Shown here: piece after piece, positions 41,397 through 51,341 of the stretch
How positions within the stretch are numbered: the stretch's first letter is position 1
Layout: the number at the start of each line of letters is the position of its first letter
Origin: an uncultured archaeon
GTDB taxonomy: Archaea > Asgardarchaeota > Lokiarchaeia > Sigyniarchaeales > SOKP01
Length of the DNA: 64,000 nt
Direction: 5' to 3'
NCBI GenBank assembly: GCA_964486045.1
Contig: CAZALK010000017.1
Span: 56,312-120,311, forward strand
Position numbers and translations under genes: made by a program
Notes under the pieces: generated by a model
Database searches by the model: none
What the model saw: the letters and a program-made list of their open reading frames with translations, nothing else
Told to the model about the DNA's origin: nothing

Positions 41397-41903
41397 ATGA
41401 AAATAAAGCAACGGCATTTTATTCGTAAATCAGAATTAAAACCTCTTAAAGAGGAAATCTTAAAACGCTATGACCAAAAGTTTATCGACCAAATATTTCC
41501 TAAGAAAAGTAATGTAGAAGTTATACAAACAGAGTCGGGAGATACTTTGTATGCAGTGAATAATGAATTAAAAATTTGGAAATCAAAGGATGGATATATT
41601 CCTGTATTAACACTACTTCTAAACAATAGAGTTGATTTAAAAACTATCACAGTAGATTTTGGGGCAATTCGTCATGTTGCTAACGGAGCAGATGTTATGC
41701 GCCCAGGAATAACTAAAATTGATCCATCAATCATGAAGGGAGATATTGTAAAAATTGAAGAAGAAACACATCACAAGGCGTTAGCTGTAGGAAAAGCATT
41801 GTTTGATGCTACAGAAATGGAATCCAAAGATTCTGGAAAAGTTATTAAGAACATCCATACAATTCAAGATCCTATTTGGCAATTTGAAAAAAAATTTAAA
41901 TAA
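41397..41903 (+). CDS. PUA-domain RNA-binding protein (DUF1947/MCT-1-like)
   Basis: VDFGAIRHVANGADVMRPGI, ALAVG, G..IKNIH..D.IW. Confidence 0.88.
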   Translation: MKIKQRHFIRKSELKPLKEEILKRYDQKFIDQIFPKKSNVEVIQTESGDTLYAVNNELKIWKSKDGYIPVLTLLLNNRVDLKTITVDFGAIRHVANGADVMRPGITKIDPSIMKGDIVKIEEETHHKALAVGKALFDATEMESKDSGKVIKNIHTIQDPIWQFEKKFK

Positions 41904-42195
41904 ACTCTGCCTTTAAAATTGAATCCAATTTATTTTTATCTGATTCTATTAATTCGTCAACTGAATAACTTTCTGATTTATAAGAATCTTGTAAATAGCC
42001 ACAGTCTCTAAATTTACACAAGTTGAGTATAATTTTTAATCCATCTTCCAGAACAGATTTGTTTTCTTCCCCAATCGATGCTTTCATGAGTTTTATGATC
42101 GAAGTTGACTTCCATATTTCATTATCTTGAACATCTTCTTCTGAACAAACAAATTCTTCAAAAATTTCATTAAAAAACTCAATTTCTGCAGTCAT
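41896..42195 (-). CDS. Hypothetical protein
   Basis: 99-aa acidic ORF with ATG start. Confidence 0.6.
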   Translation of the reverse strand: MTAEIEFFNEIFEEFVCSEEDVQDNEIWKSTSIIKLMKASIGEENKSVLEDGLKIILNLCKFRDCGYLQDSYKSESYSVDELIESDKNKLDSILKAEFI

Positions 42196-42550
42196 ATTTA
42201 GCTTAAACCACCTTAATCCTTATATTTATGCAAAATCAATATCCCCAAATATTGACTAGTTAATATTTATGATAGGTTTAATTTTAAACAGATTTATTTT
42301 TACTATTTTACGTTATGCTATTACACACAAGTTAATTTTTAAGAAATTTGTTTTTCACATCGGTTTCAGACAATAATTAAAAAATTTATCTCCACGGATT
42401 CTTAACAGAAGCGTTAAACTCATATTAAAGGAACATTTATGGTTTTCCACTTGAAATTAAATTACATTAACCCTAAGTAATAAATTTATAGTAGATAGTT
42501 CTACGTATTTTACCTTGTTATTTATAAGTAAATTTGAAATATTAATTTCT

Positions 42551-42705
42551 TGTGTAGTGTAATGTTAAAGTCTTGTAATATTTGTGTGATATTGTGTTCC
42601 ATGCATATTACACGATGTTATAATTTGACTTTATTTTATAATACATAGAGCTATATAACGATGATATTATCGAGTGTACTATCACGAATATCTCGATGAC
42701 TCATC
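42551..42705 (+). ncRNA. Putative structured RNA (long hairpin plus second hairpin): ncRNA or 5' leader
   Basis: ~37-bp stem 42551-42647 with at least 6 G-U pairs; second stem 42660-42705; TTTATAAG at 42521-42528. Confidence 0.5.
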
Positions 42706-42729
42706 TTTAAAAACAATAAAAAAGAGGTT

Positions 42730-43041
42730 GTGTGGAAAAAAATGTCAATGTATAGATCGTATTTATTAAAAAATAACTTTTGGGCAAAAAAAGGGAATGA
42801 AAAAAATCCCAATGCAGAGAAGGTCTTTATTAAACATGATACTGAAGTAGGGGGGATATATGCCATAATTTTAAATGATAAAAAAGGATTAAAAATGATG
42901 GTAGAAGGAAAGGAATATTATTTTAATAACTTCGATAAAATAGATTCTTTTTTAACTCGTCTTCAGCAGAGAAAAGATAACTTCATGAAAATACTTAGAA
43001 GGAAAAATATTTCCCAGAAGTTAAGATTGTTAGATATATAA
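42730..43041 (+). CDS. Hypothetical basic protein (start may be ATG 42742)
   Basis: ORF with GAGG upstream; follows the structured RNA. Confidence 0.55.
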   Translation: MWKKMSMYRSYLLKNNFWAKKGNEKNPNAEKVFIKHDTEVGGIYAIILNDKKGLKMMVEGKEYYFNNFDKIDSFLTRLQQRKDNFMKILRRKNISQKLRLLDI

Positions 43042-43075
43042 GGAAATTTTATATATGCTATTATAAGAATTTTTG

Positions 43076-44683
43076 TTACTTATAAACAGGTTCGAGTCCT
43101 GATTGAAAGTGTCTAAGTCGTAATCCTGCTCCTCGAGATATTTTTACTTTTGGAATAATTTCTTTATTATTATATAACTCAGATATAGCAGCAACCACAT
43201 AATCAATATGGGAAATATTATAAGCATTCCAGGGTAATGCAAATCTCACTAGGTTCAATATTCCCTTCCTCTCCTCTGGTGTTTTATTATCCCATTCAAA
43301 AGCAAAGGGTCCTAATTCACATGCTCTAATCCCATAATGCTTTAGGAGTTCAATTGTAAACCCGGCGCCACCAAAATCGTCAATCTTCATGTCTATCCCC
43401 TCAAAAAACTTATCCATGTCAATGTAAACAGCATGACCGCCTGCGGGGAGAATTACTGGAACACCCTTCTCAGCTAGCTTTCTCGCAAATTCTCTTACTA
43501 GGAAAATTCTTTTTTTCAAAGCGTTTAAGTCGACAACCTCATAAAGGCTCGAAGCTAATGCCATAATATCTCTACCACTCATTCCCCCATAGGAATCATT
43601 TCCAAAAGTTAATATTTGCTTTTCTTTTAATGTAACACCGATGTCTCGTTTTATTGAAAAAAGTTTATGAAACCTACCTTGATCTCTGAAAAATAGCCCC
43701 CCTCCAATATTAGCTATACCTTTTTTAAAACTGATAGTGAATCCATCAACATAGGAAAACATCTCTTGAATGATACTAAGTATAGAATGATTTTGATAAT
43801 TTTCTTCAAATTCTTTAATGAAAAATGTATTCTCTGGAAATCTACACGCATCAAAAAATACCGGAATGTCATATTTCTTTGCTATATCAGACACACCTTT
43901 AATATTTGTCATTGAAACTGGTTGACCAGCTACGGTATTATTAGTAATCGTAATATAAATTAAAGGTACTGATTCTGCACCTTTTTCTTGTATAAATTCT
44001 TCTAAACTATTTAAATTCATATTACCTTTGAAAGGATTTCTTGTATTCATTTGATCAAAAGGAAATTCCTCCATAAGATTGTCGGAGAAAAAATTCACTG
44101 GATGAAGGTTGTTAGCTGCTATATTTGCTTCAGTAGTATCGAAATGACCATTGTTAAGGATATAATAATCAATTGAAGAATTCTTTTGTTTTAATATAGG
44201 GGCAATGGTTGAAAAAAGGAGATATTCTGCGCAGCGTCCTTGTGGCACTAGAAAAGCGTTCGGACGAATTAATTGAAATTTACCTCCATTTACAAAACCT
44301 CCTTCAATGGTAGTAAGATAGAGTTCTTTCATTAACTTATTTGTGTTTGTTTCTCCAGAAAGAACTAAATTAATTACCCTTTTTGGGTTGTCTCCCCTCT
44401 CAAAAATATCTCTAATTGCATCTAATAGAACATAATATCCCGTATTCCGACCATACGATTCATCTCCATGAAAAAGAGCGGCCCATTGAAAATCTGTCAT
44501 TGTTCCCGAACCGGAATCTGATAAAAAATCAAGAAATAATAATTCTGCAGGAAAAGAGAACAAGTTATACTCAGTTTTTTTTAATGCGTATTCACGCTGT
44601 TCTTTTGTCACCATTTTAATTTTTCTAACAACTATTGGTTTGTAACTTGGAATTGGAACCCCTAATTCATTCTGCGATTTCAA
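43076..44683 (-). CDS. Tryptophanase / tyrosine phenol-lyase family PLP beta-eliminating lyase
   Basis: DFLSDSG, GDESY, QGR.AE, HFDTT, GQPVS, SFKK, LRHF. Confidence 0.85.
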   Translation of the reverse strand: MKSQNELGVPIPSYKPIVVRKIKMVTKEQREYALKKTEYNLFSFPAELLFLDFLSDSGSGTMTDFQWAALFHGDESYGRNTGYYVLLDAIRDIFERGDNPKRVINLVLSGETNTNKLMKELYLTTIEGGFVNGGKFQLIRPNAFLVPQGRCAEYLLFSTIAPILKQKNSSIDYYILNNGHFDTTEANIAANNLHPVNFFSDNLMEEFPFDQMNTRNPFKGNMNLNSLEEFIQEKGAESVPLIYITITNNTVAGQPVSMTNIKGVSDIAKKYDIPVFFDACRFPENTFFIKEFEENYQNHSILSIIQEMFSYVDGFTISFKKGIANIGGGLFFRDQGRFHKLFSIKRDIGVTLKEKQILTFGNDSYGGMSGRDIMALASSLYEVVDLNALKKRIFLVREFARKLAEKGVPVILPAGGHAVYIDMDKFFEGIDMKIDDFGGAGFTIELLKHYGIRACELGPFAFEWDNKTPEERKGILNLVRFALPWNAYNISHIDYVVAAISELYNNKEIIPKVKISRGAGLRLRHFQSGLEPVYK

Positions 44684-44805
44684 ATAGCTTCAACAATGAT
44701 GAGTTTATCAAAATAACTAGTATTTTACTTAAATTCTTCAAGATTTAATAATTTATATCAAACCATTCTTCTAAATAAAAAGAAATCTTTTACTAAACTG
44801 AAATA

Positions 44806-45042
44806 TTATTTTTTTAGGTTTTCAGCCCATTTCTTCCAATTTTTCCATGCATCCTTATGCTTAAGCCATTTTAAAAGTTCCGTAGAAAGTTCTCGTGCTG
44901 CATTATTAACTTCTTCTTCTGTAGCATTTCGAATTTTTTTAAGAAGAACTTCTTCTTCGAATTCAATCAATTCTTCGTCAGAAGCAAGTAAGCCGTTTTT
45001 CAGAAGCCTTCCTTTTTCAAAATTTATTTGAATTGATACCAT
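44806..45042 (-). CDS. Hypothetical protein
   Basis: 78-aa ORF with ATG start. Confidence 0.5.
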   Translation of the reverse strand: MVSIQINFEKGRLLKNGLLASDEELIEFEEEVLLKKIRNATEEEVNNAARELSTELLKWLKHKDAWKNWKKWAENLKK

Positions 45043-45159
45043 ATGAAAAAATATAAAGATTTATTAAAAAATATTGCTCACATTTTTAAAATTTCAAAAA
45101 GGATTTTATTTGTGATTAACAAATATAGAAAACAATTTTGCTTCCACATTATTTTCATT

Positions 45160-45510
45160 TCATCTTTTCTTTTTTTGATATTTTCTCCCAGATAATTTTA
45201 AAACAGAATCTTCTCGATATCCTTCTTTACCATTATAACTCTCGGGAGCATAGTGAGAAAGGGGATTAATTTTCTTTGATTCATGCAGAATTTTTTGAAG
45301 TTTCTCAGGAAAGTCATTCACAATTTCTTGGCAAACAGCTTCAGAATCAATAGTTATTCGATATTTTTTAAAACTATTAATTAAATTATTCAAATCTATC
45401 ATTAATAATTCAATTTGCTCATTATGACGTCGTTGTCTAAATTCATCAAACTGACGTCTATTCTTTGCAAATTTAAAACCAATATCCTGATTGTATTCTT
45501 TCTTTACCAC
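45160..45510 (-). CDS. Hypothetical protein
   Basis: 116-aa ORF. Confidence 0.5.
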   Translation of the reverse strand: MVKKEYNQDIGFKFAKNRRQFDEFRQRRHNEQIELLMIDLNNLINSFKKYRITIDSEAVCQEIVNDFPEKLQKILHESKKINPLSHYAPESYNGKEGYREDSVLKLSGRKYQKKKR

Positions 45511-45878
45511 TTTTTAGTTTCACTCTTTTTTTTCGTTTTGGAGAAATATCTCTACAAAGTTGAAGAGAGTTTATAAAATGGATTTAAAAAATTAACAACT
45601 CCACAAAATTAAGTATTAATCTTTATAGAATCTTCATTTCTGAGAAGTTTTAACTTATCTCTAGTAAAAGAGCAAAACAAGGGAATAGATATTCCTTATA
45701 TAGTACCTATTGGTGTTTGTTCCATTTTCCAAAAACAAGCCTTTACTTTTCGAGTATCTATAATATAAACAAACACCTCCAATCTTTTTTAATCAATTAA
45801 TGATTTTGAAGTTATAAAGTTTGTCTCATTGCACCCTGAGTGAAGATTAAAAAATATGATAATTTAATTGAAAAAAAA

Positions 45879-46541
45879 TTAAATTAGAAATCCACCCCAT
45901 TCTACGACGGTAAAACCTGAACGAATGTGTGTCTTTATTAATGGCGTTTCTATTTCAACTGCATTCTGGTAAGGAGAAAATGTTAGCATAACCCTGATTA
46001 TTGTATCTGGTTTAGGATCTATAATTAATCCCATATTTAAGTCTAGATATTCTTTTGATAATAATTTTATTTCATAATAATTAGCTATTGGGAGAAAATC
46101 TAACCAAAAAACCTTAAAATCTTTACTTTCTTTTTCATTTAATCCAAGTTCTTTTAAGGTGTTATTCATCCATAATTCAAGATGTTCATATTCAACACAC
46201 CAACCTTCCTCAGGTGTTTTTAAAAAGTTTAATCGCGCTTCATAAAATAAGTAATCATAGCTATTTTCAATATTGCCTCCTGGTTCTACTGTTACATCCC
46301 ATCCATTATTATATTCTGGCTCACTTATTGTAATTTCACCATTAATTGAAAGAGAAACTTTAATCTTCAATGTTTCTTGTGGATATAAGTAAATAGCAGG
46401 TTTACGGGCTACAGCATCTTCAGGATAACCAGTAAATAAAGAAAAAATAGCGATTATTCCTATGGATGAAATAATAATAATTGCTATTATCGAAAATATT
46501 GCTATAATGATTTTAGATTTTGAATACCTACTGTCACTCAT
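45879..46541 (-). CDS. Membrane-anchored protein of the uncharacterised KP.IYLYP...EWGG family
   Basis: N-terminal TM; KPAIYLYP, YLFYE, GFTVVEWGG. Confidence 0.7.
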   Translation of the reverse strand: MSDSRYSKSKIIIAIFSIIAIIIISSIGIIAIFSLFTGYPEDAVARKPAIYLYPQETLKIKVSLSINGEITISEPEYNNGWDVTVEPGGNIENSYDYLFYEARLNFLKTPEEGWCVEYEHLELWMNNTLKELGLNEKESKDFKVFWLDFLPIANYYEIKLLSKEYLDLNMGLIIDPKPDTIIRVMLTFSPYQNAVEIETPLIKTHIRSGFTVVEWGGFLI

Positions 46542-46703
46542 TTTGTTTATTTTCTTAATTTATTAGTATTGGACTAAATTATAATACACCACTTTCCTAT
46601 TTAAAACACATGGTCATTACCTTTATTATGGTTCCGATTTAAATGGATTCTATGAAACTGTATTTGTACTAACCCTTGACGATAACGGAGACGACGCTTT
46701 TGT

Positions 46704-47159
46704 TTAATTATACGCATTCCGTTTGGGTGTGCGTGGTCTGACACTTATTATCTCTCTTAAAAGTTTTTCTAAAAGACTGTTCTTTAGTTCCTTATCCATA
46801 CTCCATAAATTATTAAGCTCATCTGAATCATTTTTCAAATCAAAAATATCACCAATATCTTCGTAGCCGTCATAAAGAGTCAATCGGTGTTGTTCGGTAA
46901 TTAATGTTCGAAGTCTAAATACTGTATCCTGAGCAATTTCTTCATCATGTTCTATTAATATTTGTCGCCTAACTTTATTTTTTGGGACTGTTAATATGCT
47001 TGATATATCATATCCTTGTAAGTTTTCAGGTATTAATTTTTTTCTAACATTTAATAAGTTTAAAATTGTCTTTGGTAAATCAACTGTATAATAGGTTTTG
47101 TTTTTTTGTCTTATATCTTTAATGAATTCTTTTATAATGATAGTATTTTTTATAGTCAA
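46704..47159 (-). CDS. Hypothetical protein
   Basis: 151-aa ORF. Confidence 0.5.
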   Translation of the reverse strand: MTIKNTIIIKEFIKDIRQKNKTYYTVDLPKTILNLLNVRKKLIPENLQGYDISSILTVPKNKVRRQILIEHDEEIAQDTVFRLRTLITEQHRLTLYDGYEDIGDIFDLKNDSDELNNLWSMDKELKNSLLEKLLREIISVRPRTPKRNAYN

Positions 47160-47255
47160 TGATTATTAATATTTATACAATAATTTTCTCTACTTAAAAT
47201 AGAAAGGAAAATTTTCTGGAGTTTTCTTGAGTAAAAGATTTGAAACATAAATTAT

Positions 47256-49628
47256 GTGATTGTAAAATTGAATGAACGTATTACAAAATTACGCAAACAA
47301 AGTCGAAGTGCAGTTCCTTACCTTTCCTTAGAACGGGCAATCTTAATGACTGAGTTCTTTAAAACAGGTGCTGCCCATAAATATTCTGCGCCCGTAGCCA
47401 GAGCTAAAGCTCTTAAATATCTCTTTAAAAATAAAAAGATCTGTATTAATGAAGGGGAGCTAATTGTTGGTGAGCGTGGTCCGGAGCCAAAAGCAACCTC
47501 CTCCTACCCAGAAGTTTGTTGTCATAGTTTACGGGATTTGGAAATCTTAAACACAAGAAAAAAAACATCATTCAGGGTATCTGAAGAGGCGAGAAATCAA
47601 ACTAAAGAAATTATAATACCCTTTTGGAAAGGAAGGTCCATTCGGGAAAAGATTTTTTCCCAGATGGACCCAGTATGGTTAGAAGCATACGAAGCAGGAG
47701 TTTTTACGGAATTCATGGAACAAAGAGCCCCTGGGCATACAGTTGGAGGAACAAATATTTGGAAAAAAGGATTCTTAGATTTTAAAAAAGAAATAAGAGA
47801 TAATATTCAAAAATTAGATTTTTATGAGGATCCAGATGCTTACGACAAAAGAGAACAATTAGAAGCGATGGATATAGCTGCTGATGCAATAATAGCCTAT
47901 GCAGAAAGACATTCTCAAGAAGCTCTACGACTGTCTGAAATTGAATCTGATCCAAAGAGAAAGCAAGAATTGAAAAAGATTGCAGAAATATGTACTAGAG
48001 TTCCTGCACATGCTCCAGAAACTTTTTGGGAAGCCCTTCAGCATTATTGGTTCATTCATTTAGGTGTTATAACAGAATATAATACATGGGATTCATTTAA
48101 CCCAGGAAGATTAGATCAGCATCTATTCTATTTTTATAAAAATGATTTTGAAAAGAATCTAATGACTAAAGGGGAAGCAATAGAACTCTTACAAGCTTTT
48201 TGGATAAAGTTTAATAATCAGCCTGCACCTCCAAAAGTGGGTATTACAGCTGAAGAGAGTAACACCTATACCGATTTCTGCAATATCAACCTTGGTGGGT
48301 TAAAAGAGGATGGATCTGATGGAGTTAATGAAATATCCTATATATTATTGGATGTAATTGAAGAAATGAGGATAGTGCAACCAAGTAGTAATGTTCAAAT
48401 TAGTTCTAAAACTCCTCCAAAATTCTTAGAACGAGCCCTTGAAATTGTTAAAACGGGTTTTGGACAGCCTTCAATATTCAACTGTGATGCTATATATCAA
48501 GAGTTAACAAGACAAGGGAAATCAGCTAAAGATGCTCGAAATGGGGGTGCGAGTGGATGTGTTGAATCTGGTGCTTTCGGTAAGGAAGCCTTTATCCTCA
48601 CAGGATATTTTAATTTAGTAAAAATTCTGGAAATTACTCTTCATAACGGGATTGATCCTTTAACTGGAAAAAAGATTGGACTGATAACAGGAGATCCTAG
48701 AAATTTCTCTAGTTTTACTGAGTTTTATCACGCTTTTTCTAAACAAGTTAAACACTTCGCAGATATTAAAATTAAGGGTAATCAAATAATTGAGCGAATT
48801 TGGGCAAAAAATCCGGCTCCTTTCTTATCAATATTGATTGAAGATTGCATAAAGAATGGTAAGGATTATAATGATGGTGGAGCAAGATACAACACCTCCT
48901 ATATACAAGTTGTAGGTATGGGTTCTATTACAGATTGTTTAACTTCTATAAAGTATAATGTGTTTGAGAAGGAAATTGTATCAATGGGAGAATTGCTAAA
49001 GGTTTTAGATGATAATTTTAATAAGTATGATATAATTCAACAGAAGTTAATTAATAAAACTCCAAAATACGGAAATGACGATGATTATGCTGATTCAATT
49101 ACAAGTGAAGTTTTTGAAATGGTTTACGATGCTATTAATAATCGTCCTAATACAAGAGGGGGTGTTCATCGTATTAATTTATTACCTACAACCGTTCATG
49201 TTTATTTTGGTCAAGTAACAGGAGCCACTCCAGATGGGCGTTGTGCATACACTCCTTTATCAGAAGGCATCTCACCTGTTCAGGGAATGGACATTAATGG
49301 TCCGACTGCCGTTATCAAATCAGCTGCAAAAATTGACCATTTGAAGACGGGAGGAACGTTATTGAACCAGAAATTTACTCCACTTTTTTTTACAGATGAA
49401 AATAAAATCAAACAATTAGCTAATTTAATTAGAGCATACTTTAAAATGGATGGTCATCACATGCAATTCAACGTTATTTCAGTAGAAACTTTACGAGCGG
49501 CACAGAGAAATCCAGAAAAATATAGAAACTTAATTGTACGGGTAGCAGGATATAGTGATTATTTCAATCATCTGGTACCAGATTTACAAGATGAAATTAT
49601 TCGAAGAACTGAGCACGCACTAATCTAG
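47256..49628 (+). CDS. hypD: Glycyl radical enzyme, trans-4-hydroxy-L-proline dehydratase (HypD)-like
   Basis: EQRAPGHT, WDSFNPGRLDQ, TYTDF, SGCVE, LTGY, LPTT, RVAGY match remembered HypD motifs. Confidence 0.75.
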   Translation: MIVKLNERITKLRKQSRSAVPYLSLERAILMTEFFKTGAAHKYSAPVARAKALKYLFKNKKICINEGELIVGERGPEPKATSSYPEVCCHSLRDLEILNTRKKTSFRVSEEARNQTKEIIIPFWKGRSIREKIFSQMDPVWLEAYEAGVFTEFMEQRAPGHTVGGTNIWKKGFLDFKKEIRDNIQKLDFYEDPDAYDKREQLEAMDIAADAIIAYAERHSQEALRLSEIESDPKRKQELKKIAEICTRVPAHAPETFWEALQHYWFIHLGVITEYNTWDSFNPGRLDQHLFYFYKNDFEKNLMTKGEAIELLQAFWIKFNNQPAPPKVGITAEESNTYTDFCNINLGGLKEDGSDGVNEISYILLDVIEEMRIVQPSSNVQISSKTPPKFLERALEIVKTGFGQPSIFNCDAIYQELTRQGKSAKDARNGGASGCVESGAFGKEAFILTGYFNLVKILEITLHNGIDPLTGKKIGLITGDPRNFSSFTEFYHAFSKQVKHFADIKIKGNQIIERIWAKNPAPFLSILIEDCIKNGKDYNDGGARYNTSYIQVVGMGSITDCLTSIKYNVFEKEIVSMGELLKVLDDNFNKYDIIQQKLINKTPKYGNDDDYADSITSEVFEMVYDAINNRPNTRGGVHRINLLPTTVHVYFGQVTGATPDGRCAYTPLSEGISPVQGMDINGPTAVIKSAAKIDHLKTGGTLLNQKFTPLFFTDENKIKQLANLIRAYFKMDGHHMQFNVISVETLRAAQRNPEKYRNLIVRVAGYSDYFNHLVPDLQDEIIRRTEHALI

Positions 49629-49672
49629 TCTGCAACTAATTCATTGTTTGAAAGACGATTTTAAAGTTGTTA

Positions 49673-49746
49673 GATTGTGTACACAAACAGTACATATATT
49701 TATATATGATAATTCATATTTTGATTATGTACACAATCAGTACATA
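49673..49746. promoter_or_regulatory. Two TGTAC-N7-GTACA palindromic operators 50 bp apart flanking a TATA-like tract
   Basis: gattgtgtacacaaacagtacata (49673-49696) versus gattatgtacacaatcagtacata (49723-49746). Confidence 0.7.
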
Positions 49747-49767
49747 GAGAAATTTGAGGTTGAAAAA

Positions 49768-49941
49768 ATGGCTCAAATGTTAATGAAAAAGCCAGAAAAA
49801 GAAAACATCAACATAACCAATAGTGTTATTATCAAAAGATCTAATAGAGGACTAAAAATTTTATTAAAAGAAGCAATTGAAAGCTCTAGATTTGAAATGA
49901 TTTTTAATTATAGATGTGGAAGGTGTAAAATTAATGTCTGA
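49768..49941 (+). CDS. Small hypothetical protein with C-terminal CxxC
   Basis: ATG at 49768 lies just after the operators; stop overlaps the start of the next gene. Confidence 0.35.
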   Translation: MAQMLMKKPEKENINITNSVIIKRSNRGLKILLKEAIESSRFEMIFNYRCGRCKINV

Positions 49942-51205
49942 CAAACCGAAATTAAGGCTAGAGGAAGCCGAAGTATTAAGAGAATTAGAATATTTGATAG
50001 GGAAGCCGATTCCTCGAATAGAAGACATAAATTCAACCTTTGGAGTTAAAATAGATGGCGATCATATAATCCGTTTAAGGTTGAATGGTAAGGTATTTCG
50101 AAAACGGGGTATGAAAAAATTAAAAACACTTCCAGAATCGATTGGGAACCTTACATCACTTAGATCGCTTTCTTTACGTGATAATAATCTAATAACTATC
50201 CCTGACTCGATTGGGAATCTGACGTCGCTTGAATATATTAATTTTAGGTCTAATAGATTAGAGACAATTCCAGAATCAATAGGAAATTTAAAATTTCTTA
50301 AATATCTTGTTTTAAGGAATAATCCACTAAAGAGTATCCCTGATTCAATCGGTAATTTATCATTACTTATGGAATTATATTTGGCGGGAATAAAGTTACC
50401 AGTACTTCCTAAGTGGATTGGAAACCTTTCCTCATTAAAATATCTAAATCTAGAAAATAATCAACTTACTACTCTTCCAGTATCAATAGGAAATCTTTCA
50501 TTACTTAATATCTTACTGTTGGGTGAAAATCGATTAAAAATGCTTCCAGAAACAATTGGAAATTTAAAATCTCTTAGGGTGCTTGTATTAAGTGGCAACG
50601 ATATCACAAGTATTCCTGGATCTTTCAAAAATTTAACATCACTAAAATCTCTCTTACTGCAGCGAAACAAATTAAAGAAGCTCCCGTATTCAATAATTCG
50701 CCTTAAGTCGCTTCATTCGCTCCAAACCCTGCGGTGGGACGATCCAAAAGCACTAATAACAGATAAAACTTCAGTTGAAGGATCTCCTATAAATCTTAGA
50801 TCTAGCATTATGGGTGAATTAAAGAAAGAAGTTATTCCTGCTCACAGAAATGGAACATTTTTACAAAAACTCGATGAAGATACTTTAAAGACACGAGAAA
50901 TTAAAAGATTCGAGCGTCTTGACCAATTAAAAGAAGTAGAAATAGAATTGAAAAAGACTCAACAAGTCAAATTTTTGGTAAGTATACCTGAATTAGATAA
51001 TATTAAATACTTTGCACAAATTGCTCACCAATCGCAATCTGAATTTATACGTTCAGCAATAAGAGACAAAATCAGACTATTACAAGAGCAATCAAAGGAC
51101 AAGCCATTAGAAGAACATCAGGAAGTCCTTGAAAACAGGCTAAGTTTAAAAGAATTAAAAATGATTCGAAATCTATTAGAGAGATTTGAAAAAAAAGAAA
51201 AGTGA
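49916..51205 (+). CDS. Leucine-rich repeat protein (9 x 23 aa) with C-terminal ribbon-helix-helix domain
   Basis: LP.SIGNL.SL repeats; QQVKFLVSIPELDNIKYFAQIAHQSQSEFIRSAIRDKI; start probably ATG 49934. Confidence 0.8.
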   Translation: MEGVKLMSDKPKLRLEEAEVLRELEYLIGKPIPRIEDINSTFGVKIDGDHIIRLRLNGKVFRKRGMKKLKTLPESIGNLTSLRSLSLRDNNLITIPDSIGNLTSLEYINFRSNRLETIPESIGNLKFLKYLVLRNNPLKSIPDSIGNLSLLMELYLAGIKLPVLPKWIGNLSSLKYLNLENNQLTTLPVSIGNLSLLNILLLGENRLKMLPETIGNLKSLRVLVLSGNDITSIPGSFKNLTSLKSLLLQRNKLKKLPYSIIRLKSLHSLQTLRWDDPKALITDKTSVEGSPINLRSSIMGELKKEVIPAHRNGTFLQKLDEDTLKTREIKRFERLDQLKEVEIELKKTQQVKFLVSIPELDNIKYFAQIAHQSQSEFIRSAIRDKIRLLQEQSKDKPLEEHQEVLENRLSLKELKMIRNLLERFEKKEK

Positions 51206-51341
51206 TTTTATTCATTTTTAATTAATAATCGGCTTTTTCTATTTGATAAGATATAAATTGAAAAATTCTTATTAGGAGTTGTAAGAATAGACCAATTTTC
51301 CTTAGATTTAGTGGTTAAAGTTTTACTAAAGAATTTAAAAG

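Noticed and set aside
42660-42705. SECIS element (AUGA...GA in a hairpin)
   Set aside because: Helix geometry does not fit, and no upstream same-strand gene has an in-frame UGA.
49648-49767. 5' part of track ORF 49648..49941
   Set aside because: It overlaps the operator/TATA region; the later ATG at 49768 is more plausible.
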